Assembly (NCBI GenBank): GCA_964576705.1
Contig: CAZNVI010000003.1
Location: forward strand, 4,141-42,618
Direction of reading: 5' to 3'
Source: an uncultured Gammaproteobacteria bacterium
GTDB lineage: Bacteria; Patescibacteriota; Microgenomatia; Levybacterales; UBA12049
Length of the DNA: 38,478 nt
Shown here: one piece after another, positions 1 through 8,832 of the stretch
How the letters are laid out: each line of letters opens with the position of its first letter
Numbering within the stretch: the stretch's first letter is position 1
Program-made: the position numbers and the translations under genes
The notes under the pieces: model-generated
What the model saw: only the letters and a program-made list of their open reading frames with translations
Databases searched by the model: none
Told to the model about the DNA's origin: nothing

Positions 1-42
1 GATCATGACTTACAGTATAATTTAGTATGATATACTTTATCA

Positions 43-408
43 ATGTATCAGATAGTACTTGTTACGCACCTAATCGGAACATTTATACTATTTTTCCTGA
101 TTTGCCAAACAATCCTCGCCTTTAAAAAAGACAACGTCGATATTTATATTAATCTAGCAGTACGAATAGCCATAATTACAGGCTTACAATTACTAACAGG
201 GGCTATCCTTACTATTATTTCGCTGTCTGAGGCGAATCTCACTATGTATTGTAGTAAAATAGGCTTGTATATCGGAGTTATACTGACAACAGAATATATA
301 TTATATAAAAAAGCACGTAAGAAGAATATCTTGTTCCCGATAAAAACAGTTGCGATACCTATTGCAATAGGCTTAGCCTCTAATATTGCATTTATTGTTA
401 TAATTTGA
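43..408 (+). CDS. hypothetical integral membrane protein (about 4 TM helices)
   Basis: 121-aa ORF with four hydrophobic stretches (e.g. IVLVTHLIGTFILFFLI, IAIITGLQLLTGAILTIISL, VAIPIAIGLASNIAFIVII). No recognisable family motif. Confidence 0.45.
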   Translation: MYQIVLVTHLIGTFILFFLICQTILAFKKDNVDIYINLAVRIAIITGLQLLTGAILTIISLSEANLTMYCSKIGLYIGVILTTEYILYKKARKKNILFPIKTVAIPIAIGLASNIAFIVII

Positions 409-451
409 CTAAAGCTTAAAAATTCTTTTTACTATTTACGAGGTCTAAAAT

Positions 452-901
452 TCAATTAGAAGAATTTAACGGGTTAGTAAGATATGCTTCTTTTGCTTCG
501 ATATCTTTAAGTATGTAATTAAGAGGGGATTCACTATCTTTCGTGTCAATCAAATTTATCTTATTCAAATCCACCCATCTATAATCCTCATGGTCTTTTG
601 TTAAAATTACTTTTTCATCATCTATTAAATCACATTCGTAAGTAATTCTGACGATATCTGCTGTAGCGTCATGGTTTTCATGTGTAATCACTGAAAGCGG
701 CCTTAACGCTTTTACTATTAGTCCTGTTTCCTCAAGCACTTCCCGTTCTATAGATTCTTCTGGCCTTTCTCCTGAATCCATACCGCCACCAGGCAGCTCC
801 CATCTCCCCGGAAAAGTGTCTCTCTTCGCCCGTTTAAGAATCAGAATTTGATTTTCTGAGTTTTTAATTAACGCAAATGTAGCAACTAAAATAGTTTTCA
901 T
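452..901 (-). CDS. NUDIX hydrolase
   Basis: Nudix box GGGMDSGERPEESIEREVLEETGL fits GX5EX7REUXEEXGU. 149 aa is a typical size. Confidence 0.85.
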   Translation of the reverse strand: MKTILVATFALIKNSENQILILKRAKRDTFPGRWELPGGGMDSGERPEESIEREVLEETGLIVKALRPLSVITHENHDATADIVRITYECDLIDDEKVILTKDHEDYRWVDLNKINLIDTKDSESPLNYILKDIEAKEAYLTNPLNSSN

Positions 902-1070
902 ACTTTATTTAATTGATTTATGGCCAAACAATAGTGGCTTAGGATTACCGGGCAGTTCCTAAAAAGGTTATTTTGCTCAAGTAATGTCAGGAGAACTGCT
1001 AAAGAAGAATATATATTATCACATCTCGTGAAAAAAATACAGCTATACACTACAAGAAATATAGCCAATG

Positions 1071-1100
1071 TTCCAAATCATACATCAATTACGCTATAAT
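1071..1100 (+). promoter_or_regulatory. putative sigma70-type promoter (TTCCAA-18-TATAAT) with the -10 ending 7 nt before the ATG; leaderless candidate
   Basis: TATAAT at 1095-1100 and ATG at 1108. No Shine-Dalgarno sequence in between (ACCCTCC). Confidence 0.3.
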
Positions 1101-1107
1101 ACCCTCC

Positions 1108-2409
1108 ATGAAATACCAAAAACAAAAGTTACTACGGATAACTAATAAGATACTCCGTACACAAAGAGTTACTCCTGACGAGACAAATGTACTTTTATCT
1201 TTTGATAAAAACCCGCATGATTCAAAAAATGTAAAATTTCTTAAACATGTAGCCCTGCCAATGTCTCTGGTTATCGGATTCTTCTTCGCCGCATTTCCGG
1301 ATGTATTTATTGCTATCTCTACCACCTTACCAAGTTGGACTAATATGTCTCCTGAGATACTGGCTGGTGTTGATTATTATTGGGATATCATCGGAGAACC
1401 AGTCGGAAAAACGAATATAATCTTTCATATTCCTAATATAATTCTATACTCGTTCGGTATTATAGGTATAAAAAAAATTATTGATTCTATAGATAGAAAA
1501 ACTTGGATAGATAAAGTTACAGAGGCACAATCCAAACTGAAAGAACATATACGACAAGGAACATTATCTTATGAGATGAAAAAGGGACATTCGTTACTGT
1601 TTGTAGGCAAAGGAGATTTTATCGGCATGCAATACACTTTAGATCAAGCACCTTCAAACACTATGACTATCTCAGAAATTAAACCAAAATACACTGATGT
1701 ATGGAGTTATTATGATTCAAACACATTGTACGAAGATTTAAAAAAAGTTTTCATTTTATCGGATGCAGAAACTGCCGGAGAATATACATTTTTTCCAGTT
1801 AATGATGACCAAATTTTTCTTCCCGGTGAAAAAGCATATGATCTTTCGCCTCATAAACTGGATATCTTATGCCAAAATATACGCACTATTGAAAAAGAGA
1901 TGGGTTGGAACCCAAAAAGAATCATTATCGTCGGTGATAGATTCCATAAAAGCTATGTACGCTCTGAAGATTATAAGAAAATGATTCCTAATAGCTCTGA
2001 CACTATTTCACTTATAACAATTTCAAAAAAATACAAAAAGGTTTCAGTTCTCGATCCCTCAGATATTATACTGGATGCGATAATAAAGATTGCCAAAGGT
2101 CGAAAAATTGTCTTTAGAGCAACGAAAGAAGGAATAAATGAATACAAAGAAAGGTTTTACAAGAGACTGAAGTTACTCGGCTATAAGGAAAAAACCGGTA
2201 CAAAAGGCATATTGACCATAGGATATGATCTTTTTGAGGACCAAACTGAACAACAGACCCTTTCACGAGCCATTGATGATTACCTTCCAGTGGTGTTATC
2301 TAAAAATGTCTATGATGCACTAATAAGAAATGGGTATAAACCGGATGAGTTTCTGTATGCGCCTGAATTAGTTCTTAATGCTTTCGCTAAAGAAGCATCG
2401 GAACAATAA
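1108..2409 (+). CDS. hypothetical protein: N-terminal membrane anchor (2 TM) plus about 290-aa soluble domain, no recognisable family
   Basis: 433-aa uninterrupted ORF. Hydrophobic segments LPMSLVIGFFFAAFPDVFIAI and IIFHIPNIILYSFGIIGI. I could not find catalytic motifs. Confidence 0.6.
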   Translation: MKYQKQKLLRITNKILRTQRVTPDETNVLLSFDKNPHDSKNVKFLKHVALPMSLVIGFFFAAFPDVFIAISTTLPSWTNMSPEILAGVDYYWDIIGEPVGKTNIIFHIPNIILYSFGIIGIKKIIDSIDRKTWIDKVTEAQSKLKEHIRQGTLSYEMKKGHSLLFVGKGDFIGMQYTLDQAPSNTMTISEIKPKYTDVWSYYDSNTLYEDLKKVFILSDAETAGEYTFFPVNDDQIFLPGEKAYDLSPHKLDILCQNIRTIEKEMGWNPKRIIIVGDRFHKSYVRSEDYKKMIPNSSDTISLITISKKYKKVSVLDPSDIILDAIIKIAKGRKIVFRATKEGINEYKERFYKRLKLLGYKEKTGTKGILTIGYDLFEDQTEQQTLSRAIDDYLPVVLSKNVYDALIRNGYKPDEFLYAPELVLNAFAKEASEQ

Positions 2410-2419
2410 GTTAAAGAAC

Positions 2420-2440
2420 GGTATCACGCGTAGCACGAGT
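2420..2440. repeat. left arm of an imperfect inverted repeat flanking the four-helix-bundle gene
   Basis: GGTATCACG-cgtag-CACGAGT. Without the internal 9 nt it is the reverse complement of ACTCGTGATACC at 2852-2863. Confidence 0.4.
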
Positions 2441-2494
2441 ACTACTGGTACCAAGAGCTTTTCTTCTAAGAAACTATAATGATAAGATTAAATC

Positions 2495-2859
2495 ATGGAT
2501 AAAACGGGAAAAGCTATCATAAACTTATCGTTTGGCAAAAGCTCCGTGATATATTACTATTAACCTATCAATTAACCGCTAAATTACCAAGATCAGAAGA
2601 GTTTGGGTTGAGGTCGCAAATGAATAGGGCAGTTGTCTCATCCTTATCAACATTTGTAGAAGGGTATCTCAAAAAGAGTGTAAAAGAAAAACTCCACTTT
2701 ATGGAAATTGCAGAAACTTCCCTCCTTGAGCTTGAAGCCCAAAGTGAGATTTGCCTCTTACTAAACTACTGGACTGAAATAGAATACCAACAGTTTGATA
2801 AGAAACGTTCTGAGGCGAGCTACTTTCTTTACAAATATCGTTCAAAAATAAACTCGTGA
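2495..2859 (+). pseudogene. four-helix-bundle protein (23S rRNA intervening-sequence protein family), reading frame broken after codon 6 (or needs a -1 frameshift)
   Basis: The frame of 2503-2859 encodes SYHKLIVWQKLRDILLLTYQLTAKLPRSEEFGLRSQMNRAVVSS...EGY...LELEAQ, as I recall for this family. That frame has no start codon before TTG 2608. The only ATG (2495, downstream of TATAAT at 2476-2481) is in the +1 frame relative to the family frame. The two frames meet at G_GGA_AAA (2506-2512). Confidence 0.6.
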
Positions 2860-2863
2860 TACC
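2852..2863. repeat. right arm of the inverted repeat flanking the four-helix-bundle gene (overlaps its TGA stop)
   Basis: ACTCGTGATACC is the reverse complement of GGTATCACGAGT; compare 2420-2440. Confidence 0.4.
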
Positions 2864-2881
2864 TGTGGTACTTGTGGTACT
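2864..2881. repeat. perfect tandem duplication TGTGGTACT x2
   Basis: TGTGGTACTTGTGGTACT lies in the 24-nt gap between convergent genes. Confidence 0.7.
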
Positions 2882-2883
2882 TT

Positions 2884-3480
2884 TCAGTTGATCCTCTTGT
2901 CTACCCCCTCATTCTCCCATGATTCCATGTATAACCTATGAGGCTCATATGGCATAGTATTTTTCTGAAAATTACTAACTGCGGTATTTGTAATATCTAC
3001 GGCGTATCTTTTCTTATTAAACGATACTGCAATATCTGATATTTCACATCCCAACTGCATTGCCAACTCTTGACGGAAGTACTCCCAATTAACCGTATCT
3101 GATGATGAAATAATATCTATAGAGAATTCTAAAAATAGAGGGTATTTACGTACACTCCTAACAGCAACATAGATTTCATCTGCCTGAAACACTTCTTCTA
3201 TTAAAGACGAGATTAATAAAAACTTACTCTTTTTATGAAGCATCCTCTCACCTAAGTTAATCAATAATAAACCAATAAATTTATATAAATATTTTAACCT
3301 GGTTTTAGCACTTTTCACCCATACCGTTTTAAGTAATTTATCAATTAACCTACTACCTGCTTCTTTCAGTACCTGACGTAGATCTACTGATAGTATGTCG
3401 GCAATATTTAAAGTATTATTTTTATTCCGATTTAATTGCGGTTTATGAGAAGATCTCTTTAGTTTTTTCTTTTTCATCAA
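2884..3480 (-). CDS. hypothetical protein with a lysine-rich N-terminus, no recognisable family
   Basis: 198-aa ORF. N-terminus MMKKKKLKRSSHKPQLNRNK and one hydrophobic segment FIGLLLINLG. Confidence 0.5.
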   Translation of the reverse strand: MMKKKKLKRSSHKPQLNRNKNNTLNIADILSVDLRQVLKEAGSRLIDKLLKTVWVKSAKTRLKYLYKFIGLLLINLGERMLHKKSKFLLISSLIEEVFQADEIYVAVRSVRKYPLFLEFSIDIISSSDTVNWEYFRQELAMQLGCEISDIAVSFNKKRYAVDITNTAVSNFQKNTMPYEPHRLYMESWENEGVDKRIN

Positions 3481-3509
3481 AACATACTATCACAACAGTT
3501 AAAAATATC

Positions 3510-3557
3510 CAATAATAAAATAACGGAAGACCGAGTTCCCTCAATATCTTCCGTTAT
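3510..3557 (-). terminator. Rho-independent terminator downstream of the RRM gene
   Basis: 10-bp stem ATAACGGAAG / CTTCCGTTAT (3520-3529 / 3548-3557), followed on the minus strand by TTTTATTATT. Confidence 0.55.
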
Positions 3558-3575
3558 TAAGAAATTAAAAAAGAT

Positions 3576-3908
3576 TTAATAATCTCTTCTATTATTATTT
3601 CTTCTGTCGTTATAACCACCTGATCTACCGCCACCTGAGAAATTTCTTGGTCCGCGATCTTCTTGTGGTTTGGCTTCAGAAACATTAATGTTTCTTCCAT
3701 CCAAATCTTTTCCGTTCAATTCTTGGATTGCTTTTTCTTTTTCTTCCGGTGTGCTCATTTCTACAAATCCAAAACCTCTTGATTTCTGTGTTTCTCGATC
3801 TCTAATGACTTTTGCTGAAACTACTGTTCCAACTGAAGAAAAAAATTGTCCAAGGGACTCATCTGTGGTTGCCCAAGCGAGACTACCTACGAATAATTTT
3901 GTATTCAT
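3576..3908 (-). CDS. RRM-type RNA-binding protein with a Gly/Arg/Asn-rich tail
   Basis: RNP-2 LFVGSL and RNP-1 RGFGFVEM. C-terminal tail GPRNFSGGGRSGGYNDRRNNNRRDY. Strong SD AGGAGG 10 nt before the ATG. Confidence 0.9.
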   Translation of the reverse strand: MNTKLFVGSLAWATTDESLGQFFSSVGTVVSAKVIRDRETQKSRGFGFVEMSTPEEKEKAIQELNGKDLDGRNINVSEAKPQEDRGPRNFSGGGRSGGYNDRRNNNRRDY

Positions 3909-4120
3909 TATGTGTTTTCCTCCTTTCTTTTGAAACTCGTGGAAAGCACTGGTAATCGAACTTAGGGAAGCTTTTTTTGAAAAAGATTGACCTAAAACTA
4001 ACTTACAGTCTTATCAACACTGGGGCCAGTATAGCATAAAAGGGGCTAATTGGCTAATGGCAATAACTTATAAAACTCCTATCAATGCGATCCGGAGCCC
4101 ATCGTAATATCTTTCAGACC

Positions 4121-4150
4121 TTGCTATCCTTCGTTTTAGGACAGTATAAT
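4121..4150 (+). promoter_or_regulatory. putative promoter TTGCTA-18-TATAAT with the -10 ending 8 nt before the ATG; leaderless candidate
   Basis: TTGCTA 4121-4126, TATAAT 4145-4150, ATG 4159. No SD. Confidence 0.3.
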
Positions 4151-4158
4151 CTCCATAT

Positions 4159-4947
4159 ATGGAGCCTAGTTATAAAGAATTTGCAATTGAGCTTGCCAGG
4201 CAAGCCGGAGAAATTATGCGTAAAAACTTCACTTTAGGCATGAAAAGGGAATGGAAAGACGACAATACTCCCCTCACAGCTACAGATAAAACTATTAACA
4301 GTCTAGTCTTACAAGCTGTAAAAGCACGTTATCCTGGACACTCAATAATAGCTGAAGAAGGTAGTCATATTATCAAAAACAGCGAATATGTGTGGGTTTG
4401 CGATCCCGTTGATGGCACCATCCCTTTCTCTCATGGAATCTCTGCATTCAGCTTCTCTTTAGCATTAACCAAAAACGGTGAAAGTGTTTTAGGGGTAGTA
4501 TATGAACCGATTATGTCAAAATTATTTATCGCAACTAAAGGACAAGGCGCATACTGCAATGATATACCTATTACTGTTTCTAAATCTCTTAGCCTCGAAT
4601 CAGGCCTGATATACTCAACAATCGGTAACGCTACTGTAACCGATGTATATAATGTGCCTAAATTTTTAGGCGAAAGAGGCGCACTGCACATTAATATTTG
4701 TTCTTCTGTATTAGCAGGAGCCCTGGTTTCATGTGGGGAGTTCTTAGGCGCTATCCACGGATGGAATAAACCATGGGATGGGGCAGCGGTGAAGATAATA
4801 GTAGAAGAAGCTGGCGGAAAAGTGACTGACATTCTTGGAAAAGAACAAAGATATGATGAGGATATTAAAGGCTTTATCGCAAGTAACGGCTTAATACATG
4901 ATAAATTAGTAGAATTAGTTCAACTTTCTATAAGGAGTACTTCTTAA
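4159..4947 (+). CDS. inositol monophosphatase-family phosphatase (SuhB/IMPase-like)
   Basis: Motifs WVCDPVDGT and [15 protein letters not shown]. 262 aa. Confidence 0.8.
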   Translation: MEPSYKEFAIELARQAGEIMRKNFTLGMKREWKDDNTPLTATDKTINSLVLQAVKARYPGHSIIAEEGSHIIKNSEYVWVCDPVDGTIPFSHGISAFSFSLALTKNGESVLGVVYEPIMSKLFIATKGQGAYCNDIPITVSKSLSLESGLIYSTIGNATVTDVYNVPKFLGERGALHINICSSVLAGALVSCGEFLGAIHGWNKPWDGAAVKIIVEEAGGKVTDILGKEQRYDEDIKGFIASNGLIHDKLVELVQLSIRSTS

Positions 4948-7334
4948 TCTGCGGGTACAGGCTGTGTGTGTCTATGGAGTACCGGTCTCTGAGACATTGA
5001 CTCTTTTTTTTCTGATGATTTTTTCTTCATATTCAGAGGCCTAGTATAAGCCAAAGGAAATACTTCATCCATATGTGACACGAATTTAAAGCTAAGGTCG
5101 CTTAGAACCTCTTTCGGCACATCCTCAAGATCCTTCTTATTTTCGATAGGAAGGATTACGGTCTTTAACCCTGCCCTGTGTGCAGCTATAATTTTCTCTT
5201 TTACGCCTCCTATTTCAAGTACTTTTCCGCGAAGTGTAACCTCTCCAGTCATTCCCACTGTCCGTTTGACAGGATTTTTCGTAAGAGCTGATGCAATGGC
5301 AGAAGTTATAGCGATACCCGCTGATGGTCCATCTTTAGGTGTCGCACCTTCGGGAACATGCACATGGACATCAAGCTTCTGATAAAATTTTTCCGAAAGC
5401 CCGAGCTGCGTAGCTCTAGTCCTTATGTAAGACATGGCTGCCTGGCAAGATTCCTTCATAACATCACCAAGTTGTCCCGTAAGGATCAATTGCCCTCTGC
5501 CGGGCATAAGTGCTACCTCTATAAAGAGTATATCTCCGCCTGCTTCAGTCCATGCAAGTCCTGTTACCTGGCCTACTTCGTCCTTTTTCTCGATTAAAGA
5601 AGCACTAAATTTGATAGGGCCTAGGTAAGTTGGTATTTCCTTTTCAGTAACTTTAATTTTCTTCTTCTCACCTTCTGCTATTTTCTTGGCAACTTTCCGT
5701 AGAATTGTAGCTATCTTCCGCTCAAGATTACGTACTCCGGCCTCACGTGTGTAATGTAAAATGGCAAATCTCAAACCTTCATCTGTTAATTCAACCATTT
5801 CCTCCTTCAATCCGTGTGCTTCCATTTGTTTTTTAATAAGATAATTTCTCGCTATCTTAAACTTCTCTTCGGATGTATAGCCAGCGAAATGCAGTATTTC
5901 AAGCCTGTCACGCAATGCCGGAGGTATCGTATCTAAAACATTTGCTGTAGTTATAAACATAACATCCGACAAATCAAACGGAACTTCAAGATAGTGGTCA
6001 GAAAATTGTGAATTTTGCTCAGGATCCAAGGCCTCAAGTAGGGCTGAAGACGGATCACCTCTGAAATCTGTACCTACCTTATCTATCTCGTCAAGCATAA
6101 ACACCGGATTTTTTGTACCGGCGTCTTTTATGCCCTGTATAATCCTTCCAGGAAGTGCTCCGACATAGGTTCTTCTATGTCCCCGAATTTCGGCTTCATC
6201 CCGGATTCCCCCTAAAGATACCCGCACGAATTTACGCCCGAGCGCTCGAGCTATGGACTTGCCAATTGATGTCTTACCTACACCTGGAGGACCTGCAAAA
6301 CACAGTATAGGTCCCTTCATTTTACCTGCCAACTGATGCACTGCGAGATACTCTATAATCCTCTCTTTTGCTTTCTTCAACGCATAGTGATCCTCGTCAA
6401 GCATTTTTTCAGCGGTTTTTATGTCAGTATTACTTTCGCTGGATACACTCCATGGCACACTTACAAGCCAATCAAGATAATTTCGAATATATCCCACTTC
6501 AGGATTAAATTGATTCATCCCTTGAAGTTTTTTAACTTCCTTTTCGGCCTTCTCACGAACTTCATCCGGCATGCCGGAAGTTTTTATTTTAGTAAGTATT
6601 TCTTTAGTATCGTCATCTACATCATTATCATTTAGCTCTTTTTGGATTGTCTTAAGTCTCTCACGAAGCATGGCTTCGCGAGCTCCTTTTTCAAATCTCT
6701 CTTGTGTTTTCGATGCAATTTTTTTCTCAAGCTCGAGTACCTTTATCTCTTTTGCTAACAAATCTGTCAACTTAGCAAGCCTTTTTTGGACGTCAAATTC
6801 TTCTAAAAGTTCCTGACGTTCTACAGGTTTAAGATCTAAAGCCGATGCTACAAGATCTGATAATTCCGATGGGGAATTTTCAGACATGATATTCATAAAA
6901 ACCAGAAAATCAGCAGATTTACCGAAATTCATAGCTCTACGGAATTCATTCGTTAAATGATTGCACAATGCTTGTATCTCAGCGGTATTCTCAACAACAT
7001 CCGGAATTTCTTCAACCTTTGCCATTAGGAATGAATCATGGGTTTCGTAAGATAGTATACGCACTCTAGTAAGACCTCTAACTTGAGCATTAATTTCACC
7101 GTCTGCGCGAATCATCCGCTCAATTCTCGAAAGTGTTCCGATACCGTATAAATCATTTGTATCCGGATCGTTAACGCGAGAATTTTTTTGAAGAACGAAA
7201 CAAACTATTCTTTCATGTTTAAATGAAGTTTCTAAAGCGGCGAGTGACTTTGGCCTTCCGAATGTAAGTACCGAGTCAGTATTTGGAAATATGATTCCAT
7301 CTCTTATCGGTATAATTGGTACAATTTTTTCCAT
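4944..7334 (-). CDS. lon: ATP-dependent Lon protease
   Basis: N-terminal LON domain, Walker [10 protein letters not shown], catalytic Ser motif [10 protein letters not shown] and Lys in [14 protein letters not shown]. 796 aa. Confidence 0.95.
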   Translation of the reverse strand: MEKIVPIIPIRDGIIFPNTDSVLTFGRPKSLAALETSFKHERIVCFVLQKNSRVNDPDTNDLYGIGTLSRIERMIRADGEINAQVRGLTRVRILSYETHDSFLMAKVEEIPDVVENTAEIQALCNHLTNEFRRAMNFGKSADFLVFMNIMSENSPSELSDLVASALDLKPVERQELLEEFDVQKRLAKLTDLLAKEIKVLELEKKIASKTQERFEKGAREAMLRERLKTIQKELNDNDVDDDTKEILTKIKTSGMPDEVREKAEKEVKKLQGMNQFNPEVGYIRNYLDWLVSVPWSVSSESNTDIKTAEKMLDEDHYALKKAKERIIEYLAVHQLAGKMKGPILCFAGPPGVGKTSIGKSIARALGRKFVRVSLGGIRDEAEIRGHRRTYVGALPGRIIQGIKDAGTKNPVFMLDEIDKVGTDFRGDPSSALLEALDPEQNSQFSDHYLEVPFDLSDVMFITTANVLDTIPPALRDRLEILHFAGYTSEEKFKIARNYLIKKQMEAHGLKEEMVELTDEGLRFAILHYTREAGVRNLERKIATILRKVAKKIAEGEKKKIKVTEKEIPTYLGPIKFSASLIEKKDEVGQVTGLAWTEAGGDILFIEVALMPGRGQLILTGQLGDVMKESCQAAMSYIRTRATQLGLSEKFYQKLDVHVHVPEGATPKDGPSAGIAITSAIASALTKNPVKRTVGMTGEVTLRGKVLEIGGVKEKIIAAHRAGLKTVILPIENKKDLEDVPKEVLSDLSFKFVSHMDEVFPLAYTRPLNMKKKSSEKKESMSQRPVLHRHTQPVPAD

Positions 7335-7393
7335 AAATAAAATATATTAATATGGGCTTGGCGAACTATTTTTATAGTGAGCCTGTTGAACTA

Positions 7394-7420
7394 TTAGCAA
7401 TCTATCATAGGGTTTGCTAA
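7394..7420 (-). promoter_or_regulatory. CIRCE-like inverted repeat (candidate HrcA operator) upstream of lon
   Basis: TTAGCAATC-N9-GTTTGCTAA versus CIRCE consensus TTAGCACTC-N9-GAGTGCTAA (15/18). It lies 60 nt upstream of the lon ATG. Confidence 0.5.
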
Positions 7421-7427
7421 TTGTCAA
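7399..7427 (-). promoter_or_regulatory. putative lon promoter TTGACA-17-TAGATT (minus strand) overlapping the CIRCE-like repeat
   Basis: Minus-strand TTGACA is at plus 7422-7427. After a 17-nt spacer, TAGATT is at plus 7399-7404. Confidence 0.4.
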
Positions 7428-7509
7428 CCCCCATTTTTTTTCAAATCACACGAGTTAAACAAGCTTATGATAATTTAGGATACTATGTAACCACAGAACT
7501 TATGATAAG

Positions 7510-7896
7510 TCAAACAAAGCTGACAGGTAAAAATTTATCAATCGTATTAACTAATGTATCCAACTCAAATGGTTTCTCGATTACACCATCAGCCCCGGCT
7601 GAGTTTGCAATTAAACGAGCATTTGAATTTGCCGATAATAAAATTACAGGGGTTTTCTTATTTATAGAATCGAATTTAATTTCTTTACAAAATTGGGCTC
7701 CGTCTTGACCCCATAATGACAGGTCTAAAAGTACAAGGTCATATTTATTATTTTTAATTAACATTCGTAGATTACTATAGTCTTCAGGAATCGTCATTTC
7801 ATATTTATCATTTAATATCAATGAGACTATGTCAGCTATACTTCGATCATCTTCAGCAAGTAAAATTTGTGCTCTATCTCTCACTACGACAGTCAT
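7510..7896 (-). CDS. stand-alone response-regulator receiver domain (CheY-like)
   Basis: Acidic pocket AEDD, phospho-acceptor context VLLDLSL, LLSA and conserved Lys in EKPF. No output domain. Confidence 0.85.
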   Translation of the reverse strand: MTVVVRDRAQILLAEDDRSIADIVSLILNDKYEMTIPEDYSNLRMLIKNNKYDLVLLDLSLWGQDGAQFCKEIKFDSINKKTPVILLSANSNARLIANSAGADGVIEKPFELDTLVNTIDKFLPVSFV

Positions 7897-7940
7897 AATT
7901 GTGTCAATATTATCAGATTTTTATCAAAATTCAAAAAAGC

Positions 7941-8549
7941 TTATTTTGATAATTCTGTAAATACAACTAGACGTTCTCTATAGGTTTTTAACCTCTTATC
8001 CCATACGCCGCCACAAGTAATTAAATTCAATTGAGATTTATTAGAAGATCCGAATACTTCTTTGATAGGAAAATTATCGTAGGGGTAAGTTTCAACACGA
8101 ACAACAGAATATCCTAACTCTTTACCCGCAGTATCGACTACCGTTACAGTATCGCCTATATTTAATTTTCCCAAATTCCAAAAAACCGCAGGACTTCCGG
8201 CCTCAGTGTCGTAATGACCTGCAAAAACGGCGCTGCCTTGTTCTCCAGGACTATAACCTAACGAATACCATGCAACATTATAAGTATTTTTAGGAACATC
8301 CATGTTGCCCTTAGTATCCATCTGTACCACTTCGACATTTGCATTAACATCAATTTCGGGAATCAAAATCTTATTAGGAATGCTGAATACTATCTCCGGC
8401 GTGGCGCTGATCTTTGATACTATTGCCGTAGGATTAGGTTTATATCGTGCAGATTCTTTGTAGATTTCACTGTTTTCATTTTCGGTGGTAGTCCAAAAAA
8501 AACCTAATCCTATTACAGCAAGTACTAAAATAAGTAATATTTTTTTCAT
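7941..8549 (-). CDS. sortase-family transpeptidase (class not assignable by eye; resembles class E/F)
   Basis: N-terminal TM. Catalytic His in VFAGHYD, TLxTC-type motif LNLITCGG and Arg in YRERLVVF. Confidence 0.85.
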   Translation of the reverse strand: MKKILLILVLAVIGLGFFWTTTENENSEIYKESARYKPNPTAIVSKISATPEIVFSIPNKILIPEIDVNANVEVVQMDTKGNMDVPKNTYNVAWYSLGYSPGEQGSAVFAGHYDTEAGSPAVFWNLGKLNIGDTVTVVDTAGKELGYSVVRVETYPYDNFPIKEVFGSSNKSQLNLITCGGVWDKRLKTYRERLVVFTELSK

Positions 8550-8552
8550 TTA

Positions 8553-8723
8553 TTACTTACCTCCTAATCCTGTACTAGGTGCACCTGTAGGAAGCACTAC
8601 AGAAACACTAGGAGACGGCGTTTGAGTCGGACTAGTAGTACCAGTCTGAGCGGACACTACCGCTGCAGCTATAGTGACAGAAAATACGAATGCAAAAACG
8701 GACGCAAAAACAGCTCTCAACAT
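8553..8723 (-). CDS. small secreted or membrane-anchored S/T/P-rich peptide translationally coupled to the sortase
   Basis: The start was moved to the internal ATG (8723), which has SD GAGGAGGTGA 10 nt upstream. Sequence is MLRAVFASVFAFVFSVTIAAAVVSAQ|TGTTSPTQTPSPSVSVVLPTGAPSTGLGGK. The sortase SD (GGAGGT) lies inside its last codons. Confidence 0.6.
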   Translation of the reverse strand: MLRAVFASVFAFVFSVTIAAAVVSAQTGTTSPTQTPSPSVSVVLPTGAPSTGLGGK

Positions 8724-8832
8724 AATTAACTCACCTCCTCTCATCATTTTTTAAAAAATAACAACCGCAGTGTAGCGGAAAGGAATATAAATGAGGTTAA
8801 GTATGTGTAAGATTTAGATAATAATATATCTT

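Noticed and set aside
902-1070. Possible ncRNA in the 200-nt spacer upstream of the 433-aa orphan gene (stem GCAGTTC/GAACTGC).
   Set aside because: It is a single 7-bp stem with a loop of about 34 nt and has no recognisable Rfam-like motif. The evidence is insufficient.
8553-8600. Reading LPTGA in the small peptide as a canonical LPXTG sorting signal.
   Set aside because: LPTG lacks the X position, and no hydrophobic segment or basic tail follows. It is reported only as a non-canonical PxTG-type C-terminus.
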